A stretch of 64,000 nucleotides of DNA from Terriglobia bacterium (GCA_963695545.1 OY968796.1:4064001-4128000); one strand, 5' to 3'. Counted from the stretch's first letter, positions 37,769-48,419 are shown. The notes: generated from the letters alone by a model not told the origin. A program made the numbers and translations.

Positions 37769-38533
37769 ATGCCGCATCCCGAACTCAAAAACAAAATCGC
37801 CGTAATCACCGGAGCCTCTTCCGGAATCGGCGCCGCTGCCGCAATTCGTCTCGCTGCGTCCGGCGCCAAAGTCGCCGTAAACTATTTCCAAAATGAAAAG
37901 GGCGCGCAGGATACCGTCGCCACAATCGCCTCCGCTGGCGGCGCCGCCATCGCCCTTCGCGCCGACGTCCGCAAATCCTCCGAGTGCCATTCCCTTCTCG
38001 ACGCCGCCGTCCGCCACTTCGGCCCGCTCGACATTCTGATCAACAACGCCGGCTCGCTCGTTGAGCGCCTTCGCCTCGTCGACCTCACCGAAGAACGCTG
38101 GGACGAAGTCCTCGATCTAAATTTAAAAAGCGCCTACATCTGCTCGCGCATCGCCGCGCCCGGCATGGTCGAGCGTAAATCCGGCATCATCGTCAACGTC
38201 AGCTCGATCGCCGGCCACAATGGCGGTGGTCCCGGCGCGATTCACTACGCCACGGCGAAAGCCGGCCTCTTCGGTTTCTCGAAAGCCATCGCCAAAGAAC
38301 TCGCGCCCCATGGCATCCGCGTAAACTGCGTCTCGCCCGGCGTGATCGCCACGCCCTTCCACGAACAGTTTTCGACGCCCGACGCGATGCGCAATTTCGT
38401 CGCCGCAATTCCCATGGGCCGCGCCGGCACGTCCGATGAAGTCGCGAAAGTGATCGTATTTCTATGCTCCGACGAAGCGAGTTATCTGTGCGGCGAAACA
38501 ATCGAAGTCAATGGCGGCATGTTGATGCGCTAG
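37769..38533 (+). CDS. SDR oxidoreductase, resembling DEH (4-deoxy-L-erythro-5-hexoseulose uronate) reductases
   Basis: TGASSGIG, INNAG, SSIAGHNGGGPGAIHYATAK, VSPGVIATPFH. Confidence 0.9.
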   Translation: MPHPELKNKIAVITGASSGIGAAAAIRLAASGAKVAVNYFQNEKGAQDTVATIASAGGAAIALRADVRKSSECHSLLDAAVRHFGPLDILINNAGSLVERLRLVDLTEERWDEVLDLNLKSAYICSRIAAPGMVERKSGIIVNVSSIAGHNGGGPGAIHYATAKAGLFGFSKAIAKELAPHGIRVNCVSPGVIATPFHEQFSTPDAMRNFVAAIPMGRAGTSDEVAKVIVFLCSDEASYLCGETIEVNGGMLMR

Positions 38534-40494
38534 CGCGCGCCGCCGGCCTGCTGCTCATCTTCGCAGCGTGGCCTATCGCGCGCCCCGCGCTCGCGCAAGA
38601 CGCCCGGGAATCCACGGGCGCGAGCGGCGAACAGCCCGGTGTCTCCGCGCCGTCGCCGCTTCTCGCCATCGAAGCCAAACATCCCGCCGCGCTCAAGCCC
38701 GAACTCGCCGGCGTTCATCCGCGCGTCTTCGTCACTTCCGCCGAACTCGACGAGCTCCGCGTCCGCGCGCGCACCACGCACAAAGCGCTCTGGAATCGCG
38801 CTCTCGCCAACATGCTCTCGATGCAAATCGAGCCGCCTCCTCCGCCCGCCGGCGCGCGCCGCGCCCAGAATGACGTCGCCATGGCCATGGCCGAAGCCGC
38901 ATTCGTCTACAAAATCGAAGGCGATCCGAAATATCTCGCCATCGCAAAAAAATTCATGGACGCCGCCGTCACCTACGACACCTGGGGCTATGCGTCCGAC
39001 AAGCCCAACGTCGATCTCGCCGCCGGCCATCTCCTCTACGGCCTCGGCTCGTCCTACGATCTGCTTTACAACGATCTCACCGACGCTGAGCGCGCCCGCT
39101 ATCGCGATAAACTCTCGAAGCAAGCGCGCCTCGTCTACGATTATCTTTCTCCCAAGCCCGGCAAAAGTTATTCCTACAGCCAAAATCACTTGTTCATTCC
39201 CGCCGCCGGGCTCGGCATCGCCGCTTACGCCCTTTATGGCGAAGTTCCCGAGGCCGCCGACTGGGCGCGCCTGGCCCGCGCAATTTTCGATCGCGTTCTC
39301 GCCACCTACTCCGCCGACGGTTATTACTACGAAGGTTTCGAGTACTGGGTTTTCGCCACGCCCTTCATCGTTCATTATCTCGACGCGCTCGCGCATTCCA
39401 CCGGCGAAGATCTCTACGATCAGCCTGGCCTGCGCAACGCCTATAAATACGTCGCGCAAGAAATGTTGCCCGACGGCAAAAATATTTTCGATTTCGGCGA
39501 CGCCTTCGAAGGCTCCCGCACCCGCGCCGGCACCACCGACGATTACGCGCGCACGCATCCCGGCGGACATCTCCATTCCAATTACATTCTTCTCTACCGT
39601 TTCGCGCAGCGCTTTCGCAGCGGCGCCGCGCAAGGCGTAGCCAATTGGCTCGCGAAACTCGGCCAAACTAATTTCGAAGATTACTGGGCGCTCGTTTGGT
39701 ATGACCCAACCGTCGCGCCGATCCCCATCACCGCGCAGCCGCGCTTCACGTATTTTCGCGATCACGAAGTCGTCTATTGGCGCAGCAGTTGGAGCGCTAA
39801 CGCCACAGCTTTCGCCTTCAAGTGCGGCCCGCCCGAAGGCCATCGCACCGCCGCGCTCATCAAGATCATGCCCGATTGGCACCTCGAGGACGGACACGCG
39901 CATCCTGACGCCGCTAGTTTCATCCTCTACGCCAATGGCCGCTACCTCACAGGCGATTCCGGCTATGCTGGCGTCCCGATGACCGCGCAGCACAACACCC
40001 TGCTCATCGATGGGCACGGCCAAGCCAACGAAGGCGTCGGCCACAACGCATTCGACGGTTTTCCCTACGCGCGCCTTAACGCCATCCGCATCCTGCGCGT
40101 CGAGCCGCTCCCCGACGGCGTCCAAATCTCCGCCGACGCCACCGCCGCTTACGCTCCGAAACTTGGCCTCGAAAAATTTGTCCGCACCGTCACTCTGCGC
40201 GGAGCGAAGCTCACCGTCTCCGATTCAATTGCATCCGCATCGCCTCACGTATTCTCAGTCCTGCTGCATTCCGATTCCGACAGCACCGACGAAGCTTTCA
40301 CCTCTTCGCGTCTAAAAATTGATGTGCTTTCTCCCCGCAACGCCCTCATCCGCACCGAACCCAACTGGATCACCGCCGCCGGCCCTCCCGGCGCCGTAGA
40401 CCAAGGCCCCAAAGAACAGCGCGGCACCCGCGAAGCAATCTCCACCCCCGCCCCCGTTCGCGCCGCGAATTTCAACGTCCTCTTACATTGGTGA
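38464..40494 (+). CDS. Secreted heparinase II/III-like (DUF4962) polysaccharide lyase; start codon uncertain (GTG at 38488 possible)
   Basis: Signal-like segment ending ALA-Q; HPRVF, QNH, DGYYYEGFEYW, FDFGD, WRSSW, GHAHPDAASF, HNTLLIDG. Confidence 0.82.
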   Translation: MLRRSELSVRRNNRSQWRHVDALARAAGLLLIFAAWPIARPALAQDARESTGASGEQPGVSAPSPLLAIEAKHPAALKPELAGVHPRVFVTSAELDELRVRARTTHKALWNRALANMLSMQIEPPPPPAGARRAQNDVAMAMAEAAFVYKIEGDPKYLAIAKKFMDAAVTYDTWGYASDKPNVDLAAGHLLYGLGSSYDLLYNDLTDAERARYRDKLSKQARLVYDYLSPKPGKSYSYSQNHLFIPAAGLGIAAYALYGEVPEAADWARLARAIFDRVLATYSADGYYYEGFEYWVFATPFIVHYLDALAHSTGEDLYDQPGLRNAYKYVAQEMLPDGKNIFDFGDAFEGSRTRAGTTDDYARTHPGGHLHSNYILLYRFAQRFRSGAAQGVANWLAKLGQTNFEDYWALVWYDPTVAPIPITAQPRFTYFRDHEVVYWRSSWSANATAFAFKCGPPEGHRTAALIKIMPDWHLEDGHAHPDAASFILYANGRYLTGDSGYAGVPMTAQHNTLLIDGHGQANEGVGHNAFDGFPYARLNAIRILRVEPLPDGVQISADATAAYAPKLGLEKFVRTVTLRGAKLTVSDSIASASPHVFSVLLHSDSDSTDEAFTSSRLKIDVLSPRNALIRTEPNWITAAGPPGAVDQGPKEQRGTREAISTPAPVRAANFNVLLHW

Positions 40495-40582
40495 AGCGCC
40501 CGGCGTGCCTAGACTCGCCGTCTTCACGCGTGGCCCTTTTTCTTGCCATCGGCCAACGCCTGCTGTAAATACTCGCGTGTCC

Positions 40583-41542
40583 ATGATTCGCGTCCTTAAA
40601 TGCTCAGCCGTTCTCATGGCGCTGGCGTTATTTCCGACCGCCCCCGCGCGCTCGCAGCAGCCGGCCCCGCCATTCCAATCTCCATCCCCTCAAGCCGCAG
40701 CCGCTCCCGAGTATCCAGACACAACCGAAGGGCTCGAGGACCTTCTCTCAGAGATTGGCGAAGCGGAAAAACGCAAAGACGTCTACGGCCTGGCCCAGAT
40801 GGCGGACTACCTGCAGATCCCCAACTACGAAAATTGGTTCACCGAAACTTTCGGCGCGGATAAAGGCAAGGCCTGGGCGGATGCCTACGCGATCAGCCGC
40901 GAAAAAAATGGGAATGACCCCCAGCAAAACCTCCCGAGTATCCCCGTGACGGGCGGCGAATTTGTCATCCGCAAGACTAACGGCGCCCCTAGGCCGGGCC
41001 CAGGTCTCGAACCCGACATGCTCGCTGCCATGAAGGTACCCGTCGATATCTATTTCGTTGCCTGGAAACTCGCGGACCTTCCAGACAACTCGCAACCCGC
41101 CCCTCTCGGCTACTTCGTGTTCATCGACGGAAAATTCCGGTGGGACTCCGGTGTCACACTGGCGGACATACTCGGCCCGGTAGCAAAGGCGAGCGAAGGC
41201 GGTCCGTTTCTCCCGGGCGTTCTGGGTGTGGGATACCCAAAATGCCTCGCCTGTCCTCGGCCCGCGTTTTCGCCTGAGGCACGCGCCGTAAGTCTCCAAG
41301 GCACGGTCCTCCTCACCGTCGTCGTTCAAGCGAATGGCCAGGCCGGATTCATCAAGGTCGTAAAGAGCGTGGGGATGGGTCTGGACGAATCTGCCGTTCA
41401 GGCCATTCGGAATTGGCGCTTCCAAGCCGCCCTCGATTCGAACGGCACGCCGGTATCCGTCATTACTCAGATCGAGGTCACGTATCGCCTTACTCCCAGG
41501 AAATCGCCCGCCGTCTCGCCCCCCAATCCTCCAAACAATTAG
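40583..41542 (+). CDS. Secreted protein with C-terminal TonB_C (energy transducer) domain
   Basis: CPRPAFSPEAR..LQGTVLL.VVV..G....IKVVKSVGMGLDESAVQAIRNWRF. Confidence 0.85.
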   Translation: MIRVLKCSAVLMALALFPTAPARSQQPAPPFQSPSPQAAAAPEYPDTTEGLEDLLSEIGEAEKRKDVYGLAQMADYLQIPNYENWFTETFGADKGKAWADAYAISREKNGNDPQQNLPSIPVTGGEFVIRKTNGAPRPGPGLEPDMLAAMKVPVDIYFVAWKLADLPDNSQPAPLGYFVFIDGKFRWDSGVTLADILGPVAKASEGGPFLPGVLGVGYPKCLACPRPAFSPEARAVSLQGTVLLTVVVQANGQAGFIKVVKSVGMGLDESAVQAIRNWRFQAALDSNGTPVSVITQIEVTYRLTPRKSPAVSPPNPPNN

Positions 41543-41722
41543 CCGGCCGCTCCCTTTCGCTTGTAAGCACTCGATTTTCGACTCCTCGCCCCCTCACTGC
41601 CCACAGAACGGAGAAGCGTCCGAGAGCAATTCCACGAAACCCAGCAGGCGCCACAAGCCGTAACGCGCGACTCGAACCCCTGCCGCACATCGCCCTCGCG
41701 CAATCTCGTTTCGAAATCCTGT

Positions 41723-42071
41723 GGATATCTATTCAAATAACTTATAAATAATATTGACAATACTGTATAATTCGTGATATGTTTGCATGTGATCCGCAGA
41801 CTTACACCTTCGCCGCTCGAAGCGCCCCGTACCTCCCCGATCCACCGGCGTTCAAACCACACCTATCCGTAGAAAATCGTCTCTCCAAACCTTTTCTTTT
41901 CAACCTCATCCACATCTCTCCAGAGGCGTGCACAACACATTGAAAAAACCAGACATAGCCATTTTCGTAACCGACTTGTTTTCAATCAATTGCGCACTCC
42001 TACCCCACTCTTCTCCCGGAAATCCCCTATTTTCATCTTCTTACGCAAAACGTACCCGGGGTGTGGGGGGT
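41723..42071 (+). repeat. Dispersed intergenic element, copy B
   Basis: GGATATCTATTCAAATAACT; TTGACA at 41754; 18 bp; TGaTATGTT; TTTTCA motifs; tail CAAAACGTACCCGGGGTGTGGGGGGT; homologous to 1683-1949 (minus strand). Confidence 0.7.
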
Positions 42072-42255
42072 GCGACGCATCCAAGTACAAAATCGCCCCG
42101 CTCCGCTCGAGCCTCGCCACCGAAATAATATGACCGCGACCTCGGACATCTCGCTTTTCTGCCTCGACGCCGGCGAAGCCCCCCTCCCGCGCCTCGCGTG
42201 CGCCGCGCTTCTCTGCGAATCGCCGGCGCCCGCACGATTCTGCTATCCTGAAATC

Positions 42256-43137
42256 GTGCGCATCCAGAAATTCCTGGTCTTCCTCCCGATGATCGCGGCC
42301 GGAGCCTTGCTCGCCCGCGCCGGCGCCGCTTCCCAAACGATTCCCCCGCCGCCCGCCGCGAATGCCGCTCCGAGCGCGCCGCAAACTGCTCCGCCCGCCG
42401 CGCCCACCACCGCCGCCGTCGCCGCGCCATTCGTCGTGGTCCTCGATCCCGCGCACGGCGGGGCCGATCCCGGCGCACACGGCTCGACGGGCATCAACGA
42501 AAGTGACGTCGTGCTTTCCTTCGCCCGCCAAGTGCGCTCCGCTCTCCAGGAACAAGGCATCGTTGTCTTGATGACGCGCGACGCGGACATCGATCCTTCC
42601 TTTGACGACCGTTCCGCCGTCGCGAACGCCCAGCCCCACGCCATTTTCATCAGCCTGCACGTCGCTTCCACCGGCATACCCGGCACCGTGCGCGTCTATT
42701 CCCTGCCGATGGTTTCATCGCAGTCCACTGCACCGGCGCCGGCCCAATCCGCCGCGGGATTCTTGCCCCCTCCAATCGCCTCGCCAAATCCGCACCCCGG
42801 CCTGCGCACCTGGGACAACGCGCAAGACTCTTTTCTCGATCTCAGCCACAGCCTCGCCGAAATTTTGCAAGCGCAACTCGCGCTGCGCTTCCGCGGATCG
42901 CCGACAGCGCCTGCCGCCGTCGCCGTGCGTCAACTGCGCACCATCGCCGCTCCCGCCGTGGCCATCGAACTTTCCAGTGTCTCCGTCGCCGATCGCAGAC
43001 AACTCGACGTGATGACCGGTCCCTTGGCCGACGCCATCGTTCGTGCGGTATTGGAGTTTGAGCCGCTGGACTCCATCACCGGCAGCTCCGGCGCAATCCT
43101 CGCCGCCGCGGCCGCGCCTCCCGCAGGAGCGCACTGA
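42256..43137 (+). CDS. N-acetylmuramoyl-L-alanine amidase (Amidase_3)
   Basis: VVVLDPAHGGADPGA..NES, MTRDAD..DRSAVAN, ISLH, AVAIEL; extended -10 TGcTATCCT 6 nt before GTG at 42256, so probably leaderless. Confidence 0.88.
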   Translation: MRIQKFLVFLPMIAAGALLARAGAASQTIPPPPAANAAPSAPQTAPPAAPTTAAVAAPFVVVLDPAHGGADPGAHGSTGINESDVVLSFARQVRSALQEQGIVVLMTRDADIDPSFDDRSAVANAQPHAIFISLHVASTGIPGTVRVYSLPMVSSQSTAPAPAQSAAGFLPPPIASPNPHPGLRTWDNAQDSFLDLSHSLAEILQAQLALRFRGSPTAPAAVAVRQLRTIAAPAVAIELSSVSVADRRQLDVMTGPLADAIVRAVLEFEPLDSITGSSGAILAAAAAPPAGAH

Positions 43138-43802
43138 TGTCGCGCCGCGGAATCATCGCCACGCTGATTCTCGCCGCGCTCGTGGTCGTCGGCGTGTTCG
43201 AGTTTTCGGGACTGCGCCGCCGCGTCTCGGGCCTCAGCAGCGAACAAGCCACTGAAGCCGAAGCGCGCCGCGATGTCGTCGCGCCCCAAATTTCCACGCC
43301 CACTGACGTGCAGTCGCCCGCGCAAATGTTCTGGCTCGCGATCGGCTCCTCGGACACGCTCGCACCTTCGACCATCCAGCTTCCGCTCTCGAACGATCCT
43401 GTCCAGCGCGCGAAGCAAGTCCTCGCCGCACTCATCACCCAAGCGCCCACCGCGGCCCAGCGCACTTTGCCCGCCGATGCCACGTTGCTTCAGTTCTACA
43501 TCTTGCCGGACGGTACCGCGATCGCCGATTTCTCCGACGAACTCGCCAGCGAAACGCCCTCCGGCATCCTAAGCGAACAATTGGCCGTCGATTCGATCAC
43601 GCGCACTCTCGCCGCGAACGTCAGCTCCATCGCGCGCCTGAAAATTCTGATTCACGGCCAGGAAGCCGATACCCTCGCTGGCCACGTCGATCTCACCGGA
43701 TTTTTCGCGGTCGGCAAGCAGCCCGCCCCGTCGGCGGCATCGACCGCGCAAGTTGCGCCGCTGGCGCCGGCCGCACCGCCTGCGCCGGCGGCGAATCCGT
43801 AA
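43137..43802 (+). CDS. GerMN domain protein
   Basis: N-terminal TM helix; LPADATLL..DGTAIADFS..SGILSEQLAVDSI..LKILIHGQEADTLAGH. Confidence 0.85.
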   Translation: MSRRGIIATLILAALVVVGVFEFSGLRRRVSGLSSEQATEAEARRDVVAPQISTPTDVQSPAQMFWLAIGSSDTLAPSTIQLPLSNDPVQRAKQVLAALITQAPTAAQRTLPADATLLQFYILPDGTAIADFSDELASETPSGILSEQLAVDSITRTLAANVSSIARLKILIHGQEADTLAGHVDLTGFFAVGKQPAPSAASTAQVAPLAPAAPPAPAANP

Positions 43803-43881
43803 CCGCAAGTTGACACCGCGTCGAGTGCCCGGCACACTCGCGCGGTAATCGGTGACGCAGCAAGAAGTAAAAGGAGACGTT

Positions 43882-44622
43882 GTGCGCAGCGACGGACGAG
43901 CAGCGGATCAAATGCGCGCGGTAAAAATCACGCCGGATTTCGTCCCCACGGCCGAAGGCAGCGTGCTCATCGAAATCGGCCGCACGCGCGTGATTTGCAC
44001 CGCGACCGTCGCCGACGGCGTGCCGCAATTCATGAAGGGCTCCGGCAAAGGCTGGGTCACCGGCGAATACGGCATGCTGCCGCGCGCAACCGAGCAACGC
44101 ACTCCGCGAGAGTCCTCGCGCGGCAAACAATCCGGCCGCACGCTTGAAATCCAGCGCCTCATCGGCCGCTCTCTCCGCGCCGTCACCGACGCCGAAAAAC
44201 TCGGCGAGCGCACCATCTGGCTCGATTGCGACGTCATCGAAGCCGATGGCGGCACGCGTACCGCCTCCATCACCGGCGCGTTCATCGCGCTCGCGCTCTC
44301 GCTCGAACGATTGGTCGCCGCCGGCATTATCAAAACCGTTCCGCTCACCGACTCCGTCGCCGCCACCAGCGTGGGCATCGTCGATGGCGCCGCGCTCCTC
44401 GATTTGGCTTACGAGGAAGATTCGCGCGCCGAAGTCGATATGAACGTGGTCATGACTGGCTCCGGCAAATTCGCCGAAATCCAGGCCACGGCCGAAGGAC
44501 GCCCTTTCGGCGGCGATCAGTTGCACGATCTTCTCGCGCTCGCCGCCGCGGGTATCCGCCGACTCACCGAACAGCAGCAATCGCTGGTGCAAATGAATTT
44601 CCGTGCCCGCCCGAATCGCTAA
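43882..44622 (+). CDS. rph: Ribonuclease PH
   Basis: [60 protein letters not shown] before GTG at 43882. Confidence 0.97.
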   Translation: MRSDGRAADQMRAVKITPDFVPTAEGSVLIEIGRTRVICTATVADGVPQFMKGSGKGWVTGEYGMLPRATEQRTPRESSRGKQSGRTLEIQRLIGRSLRAVTDAEKLGERTIWLDCDVIEADGGTRTASITGAFIALALSLERLVAAGIIKTVPLTDSVAATSVGIVDGAALLDLAYEEDSRAEVDMNVVMTGSGKFAEIQATAEGRPFGGDQLHDLLALAAAGIRRLTEQQQSLVQMNFRARPNR

Positions 44623-45292
44623 CGCCACGCTGTATCTCGCGACGTCGAATCGCGGCAAACTCGATGAAGTCCGCGCGTTAGCCGAAGCATCGCCGTTTCA
44701 AATCGCGGCACTGCCCGAAATCTCATCGCTCGCGGCGTTCGATGAAATCTATCCGACGTTCGCCGAAAACGCCGCCGGCAAAGCACTCCATTACAGCCGC
44801 TCGACCGACGAAATGGTTTTGGCCGACGATTCCGGCCTCGTCGTTCCCGCTCTCGGCGGCGCTCCCGGCGTGCATTCCGCGCGCTACGCCGGCCCCAGCG
44901 CCACCGACGCCGATCGCGTCGCAAAGTTGCTGGATGCCATGCGCGGTCGCTCTGGTGACGAGCGGCAAGCCTACTTCGTGTGCGTAATCGCAGTCGCACA
45001 GCACGGTATCGCTCGCGCTATCGTTTCCGCACAAGCCGACGGCGTGCTCCTCGATCACGCCGAAGGTTCCGGCGGCTTCGGCTACGATCCAATCTTCTTT
45101 TTCCCGCCGCTGGGCAAGACATTCGCGGAGATCTCGCGCGAAGAAAAGAATTTGTGCAGTCATCGCGGCGTCGCGTTTCGTAAGGCTGTCGAGTTTCTCG
45201 CCAATGAACTTCGTGTAGCCGCGCCCGAGGCACAGCGCGAGGAGGCAAATCAGGACGATGATGGCGTGTGGTACAGTCCTCGCCCAAAATGA
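44603..45292 (+). CDS. rdgB: dITP/XTP pyrophosphatase (Ham1 family)
   Basis: [44 protein letters not shown]. Confidence 0.96.
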   Translation: MPARIANATLYLATSNRGKLDEVRALAEASPFQIAALPEISSLAAFDEIYPTFAENAAGKALHYSRSTDEMVLADDSGLVVPALGGAPGVHSARYAGPSATDADRVAKLLDAMRGRSGDERQAYFVCVIAVAQHGIARAIVSAQADGVLLDHAEGSGGFGYDPIFFFPPLGKTFAEISREEKNLCSHRGVAFRKAVEFLANELRVAAPEAQREEANQDDDGVWYSPRPK

Positions 45293-46065
45293 AAACCATG
45301 AAAACAAAAAAGTCCAAGACGAAAAAAGCTCCGCCGACGAAGGCAAAGAAAAATCAGCCGCGCAAGCCCGCCGCCACGCAGCGCCGCGCTAAAGCCTCAG
45401 CCATCCAGACGGCGACCAGAGCTGCGGGCGCGACGCCGGCGCGCGTGCGGGCCATCCTCGAAAAACTCGATGAAGCATATCCGCAAGTGACCTGCGCGCT
45501 CGATCACGAAGACGCGTTCCAGTTGTTGATCTCAACCATATTGTCCGCGCAATGCACAGACGTGCGCGTCAATCAGGTGACCGCGACGCTGTACCCCAAA
45601 TATCCGACGCCGAAGCATTTCGCCTACGCCAATCCGCGCGAACTTGAACAGGACATCCGTCCCACCGGATTTTTCCGCAACAAAACGAAATCGATCATGG
45701 GCGCGAGCCGCAAAATCGTCGAAGAATTCGCCGGCGAAGTGCCGCGCACGATGGAGATCTTGCTGACCCTGCCCGGCGTGGCGCGCAAAACGGCGAATGT
45801 CGTCCTCGGCACAGCGTTTGGAATTGCGGACGGCGTCGTCGTTGACACCCATGTGCAGCGGCTTGCCGGCCGGCTCGACCTTACGCGCAACACCGATCCA
45901 AAAAAAATCGAGCAGGATTTGATGCAGGTGATTCCGCGCGAAAAATGGATTCTATTCGCGCACCAACTGATCTGGCATGGCCGCAAGGTTTGCGTGGCGC
46001 GCAAGCCGCGCTGCGCCGAATGCAATCTCCAGCGCATCTGCTATTCAAAGGATAAAACGATTTGA
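45289..46065 (+). CDS. nth: Endonuclease III
   Basis: LSAQCTDVRVN, LPGVARKTANVV, VVDTHV, C-X6-C-X2-C-X5-C Fe-S motif; ATGA overlap with rdgB. Confidence 0.96.
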   Translation: MKTMKTKKSKTKKAPPTKAKKNQPRKPAATQRRAKASAIQTATRAAGATPARVRAILEKLDEAYPQVTCALDHEDAFQLLISTILSAQCTDVRVNQVTATLYPKYPTPKHFAYANPRELEQDIRPTGFFRNKTKSIMGASRKIVEEFAGEVPRTMEILLTLPGVARKTANVVLGTAFGIADGVVVDTHVQRLAGRLDLTRNTDPKKIEQDLMQVIPREKWILFAHQLIWHGRKVCVARKPRCAECNLQRICYSKDKTI

Positions 46066-46096
46066 CGCCGCGATGCCACGATCGTCGCGCGATAAA

Positions 46097-47485
46097 TCAG
46101 CGGCTGAGCGCCCCTTCCGCTTCCAGGCGCATCCGATCCGCGTCGGAATAAACCACGGTTTTTCGCGGATCGACGAAAACGAAACACACCCCGGCGATAA
46201 AAAACATCGCCGCATAGTAGTACAGCGAAACTTTCCAATTCGGATGACTCGCCGTGCCGAAGAACATCGCAAGCTGCACCACGATCGGCACCGAAAGCAC
46301 TTGGCTCAAGTTGCCGAACGAATTCATCAGCCCGGAAACGGTCCCTGCGTAACGATGGCCGATGTCGATCGTGATCGCCCAGGTCGAAGCCATCCCGATA
46401 TCTTTCGAGAAGGAGGAAAGGCAAATCGCAGCCAGCGCCCACACCGCGTGATGCGTGGTCACCTTGAACGCGATGAGCATCAGCGTCCCGGCAAAACCGT
46501 AGCCGATCGCTCCGATAAGCGTGCGCCCCCACCGCCGCCCCCAGCGGCGCACCAGCCGGTCGGTGAGGAATCCGCCGAGGAAACACGCAATTCCGCCAAC
46601 GAATAGTGGCGATCCCGAGGCCAGCGCAAGTTTCATTCCTCGCAGATGTAAATCGCCTTCGAGGTACGGCGTGATCCAGCTCACAAAAAATGACCAGCCC
46701 GCGTTGCTGCAGAAATACATCATCAGCAGAAACCAAATCGTCGGACTAAGCAGTAAGTTGCGCCAGGAAATCGGCGCGGGTTTTCTGGTATCGCGCTTGC
46801 CCTCTTCAATCAGCGCGCGCTCGGCTTCGTTCACTTTCGGATCCTGCTCGGGCGTATCGCGGAATCGCGCCCAGAAGAAAATTACCCAGACCACGCCGAT
46901 CGCGCCGGTGGCCACGAAGGTCCAGCGCCAGCCGAATAGTTCCGTGAGCACCAGCAGGAACGGAAACGCGATCGCGCCACCGAATCGCGCCAGCATCCAC
47001 ACGTATCCTTGCGCGAGTCCGCGCTCACGATAAGGAAACCATTCGCGCGTGGCGCGTGCTATGTTCGGAAACGCACCGGCTTCTCCCGCGCCGATCATGA
47101 AGCGGAAAAATACCAAGCTCACGAGACTCCACGACGCTCCGGTAAGCGCCGTGAAAAACATCCAGCACAGTACGACGCGCGTCAGGACTTTGCGCGGACC
47201 GAAGCGATCGCCGAGCCAGCCGGTCGGCACCTCGAATAGAGCATAGGAAAGCGTGAACGCGGCGATTGCATACGCCGTGCGCGCGGGAGTGAGATGCAGA
47301 TCGAATTCTATGTTCTCGCGGAGCTGGCCGCTGATTCCGACGCGCCCGATGTAGGTGAAAACCGAAAGGCAGCACAGCCACGCGAGCACTTTCCAGCGCT
47401 CCCACGTCGGGCCCGCGCCGGAGGAAACCAAAGCGCGGGTGTCGGCGACGCCATCCTCGAACTCGAAGGAGGAGCCGGAACTCAT
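46097..47485 (-). CDS. MFS transporter, anion:cation symporter (sugar-acid) type
   Basis: EVPTGWLGDRFGPR, GAGEAGAFP..WFP..ERGLA, SGLMNSFGN; 12-TM pattern. Confidence 0.9.
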   Translation of the reverse strand: MSSGSSFEFEDGVADTRALVSSGAGPTWERWKVLAWLCCLSVFTYIGRVGISGQLRENIEFDLHLTPARTAYAIAAFTLSYALFEVPTGWLGDRFGPRKVLTRVVLCWMFFTALTGASWSLVSLVFFRFMIGAGEAGAFPNIARATREWFPYRERGLAQGYVWMLARFGGAIAFPFLLVLTELFGWRWTFVATGAIGVVWVIFFWARFRDTPEQDPKVNEAERALIEEGKRDTRKPAPISWRNLLLSPTIWFLLMMYFCSNAGWSFFVSWITPYLEGDLHLRGMKLALASGSPLFVGGIACFLGGFLTDRLVRRWGRRWGRTLIGAIGYGFAGTLMLIAFKVTTHHAVWALAAICLSSFSKDIGMASTWAITIDIGHRYAGTVSGLMNSFGNLSQVLSVPIVVQLAMFFGTASHPNWKVSLYYYAAMFFIAGVCFVFVDPRKTVVYSDADRMRLEAEGALSR

Positions 47486-47504
47486 GCTTTCTTGACCCGC
47501 GCAT

Positions 47505-48416
47505 TCACGGTGCGAGCACCGGCTTCCAGCGCTCGACCATCGCGCGGACTTCTTCGATTTCGGCTGGACGCAATTTCGGCAGCGGCGGCCGGACCGGTCC
47601 GCCGACGAGCCCCGCGAAATCCATCATCTGTTTCATTACTGTGACTTCGTACCCCTTGCGCCGCGCGCGCATCGCGTAGAGAGGCAGAACGTACTCGCGC
47701 ATCAAGCGATCCAATTCTTCTTGGTCGCCGGCGGACGCCGCGGCGTCGAGCAGCAATGGAATCCTCGGCGTCACCGTCGCGATGCTCGAAGTGAAGACGC
47801 GGATGCCGATGCTGTAGTAGCCCGGTACGCTATCGTCACCGATTCCGCCGATCCAATGCAGGCGATCGCCGAGGCGCGCGATGATCTGATGATATCGTCG
47901 GATATCGCCTTGTCCGTCCTTCCAAGCGGCGAGCGTGGGCACGCGCGCGGCGAGACGCTCGACCCACTCGGCGCCGGGGTTCACCCAATCGCGGCTGTAA
48001 ATAATCAGCGGCAACGGCGTGGCTTCGCCGATCGCGGCGTAATAATCTGCCAGACCTTCGTCGTCGGCGTTCGGATAATACGGCGGCAGCGCGAGAATCG
48101 CATCCGCGCCGGCGGCCTGCGCTTGCCGCGCAAGATCGATTGCGAGCGCGCGATTGAATCCCGTGCCGGCGATCACCGGAACGCGCCCCGCCACTTCTTC
48201 CACGATGGCGCGCACCACTTCGCCGTGTTCCGCCGGCGAGAGCGAATAAAATTCGCCCGTGCCGCCAGCGGCAACCAGAGCCGCGAGGCGATACCGCATC
48301 AAGTGCTGGATATTTTTGCGCAGCCCGGCGATGTTGAGCGAAAGATCGGCGTTGAATGGCGTGATAGGAAAAGCGATCACGCCGCGAAGCTTGGTGCGAA
48401 ATGCTTCAGCGCTCAC
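47505..48416 (-). CDS. kdgD: 5-dehydro-4-deoxyglucarate dehydratase (DHDPS family)
   Basis: AFPITPF, AAGGTGEFYSL, LPPYY, IIYSRD, WKDGQGD, RRKGYEV. Confidence 0.88.
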   Translation of the reverse strand: MSAEAFRTKLRGVIAFPITPFNADLSLNIAGLRKNIQHLMRYRLAALVAAGGTGEFYSLSPAEHGEVVRAIVEEVAGRVPVIAGTGFNRALAIDLARQAQAAGADAILALPPYYPNADDEGLADYYAAIGEATPLPLIIYSRDWVNPGAEWVERLAARVPTLAAWKDGQGDIRRYHQIIARLGDRLHWIGGIGDDSVPGYYSIGIRVFTSSIATVTPRIPLLLDAAASAGDQEELDRLMREYVLPLYAMRARRKGYEVTVMKQMMDFAGLVGGPVRPPLPKLRPAEIEEVRAMVERWKPVLAP

Positions 48417-48419
48417 GGT

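Noticed and set aside
38530..40125. 531-aa minus-strand ORF and similar long antisense ORFs (2381-3364, 35251-36141, 47721-48737, 55863-56846)
   Set aside because: Shadows of well-supported genes, expected in high-GC DNA.
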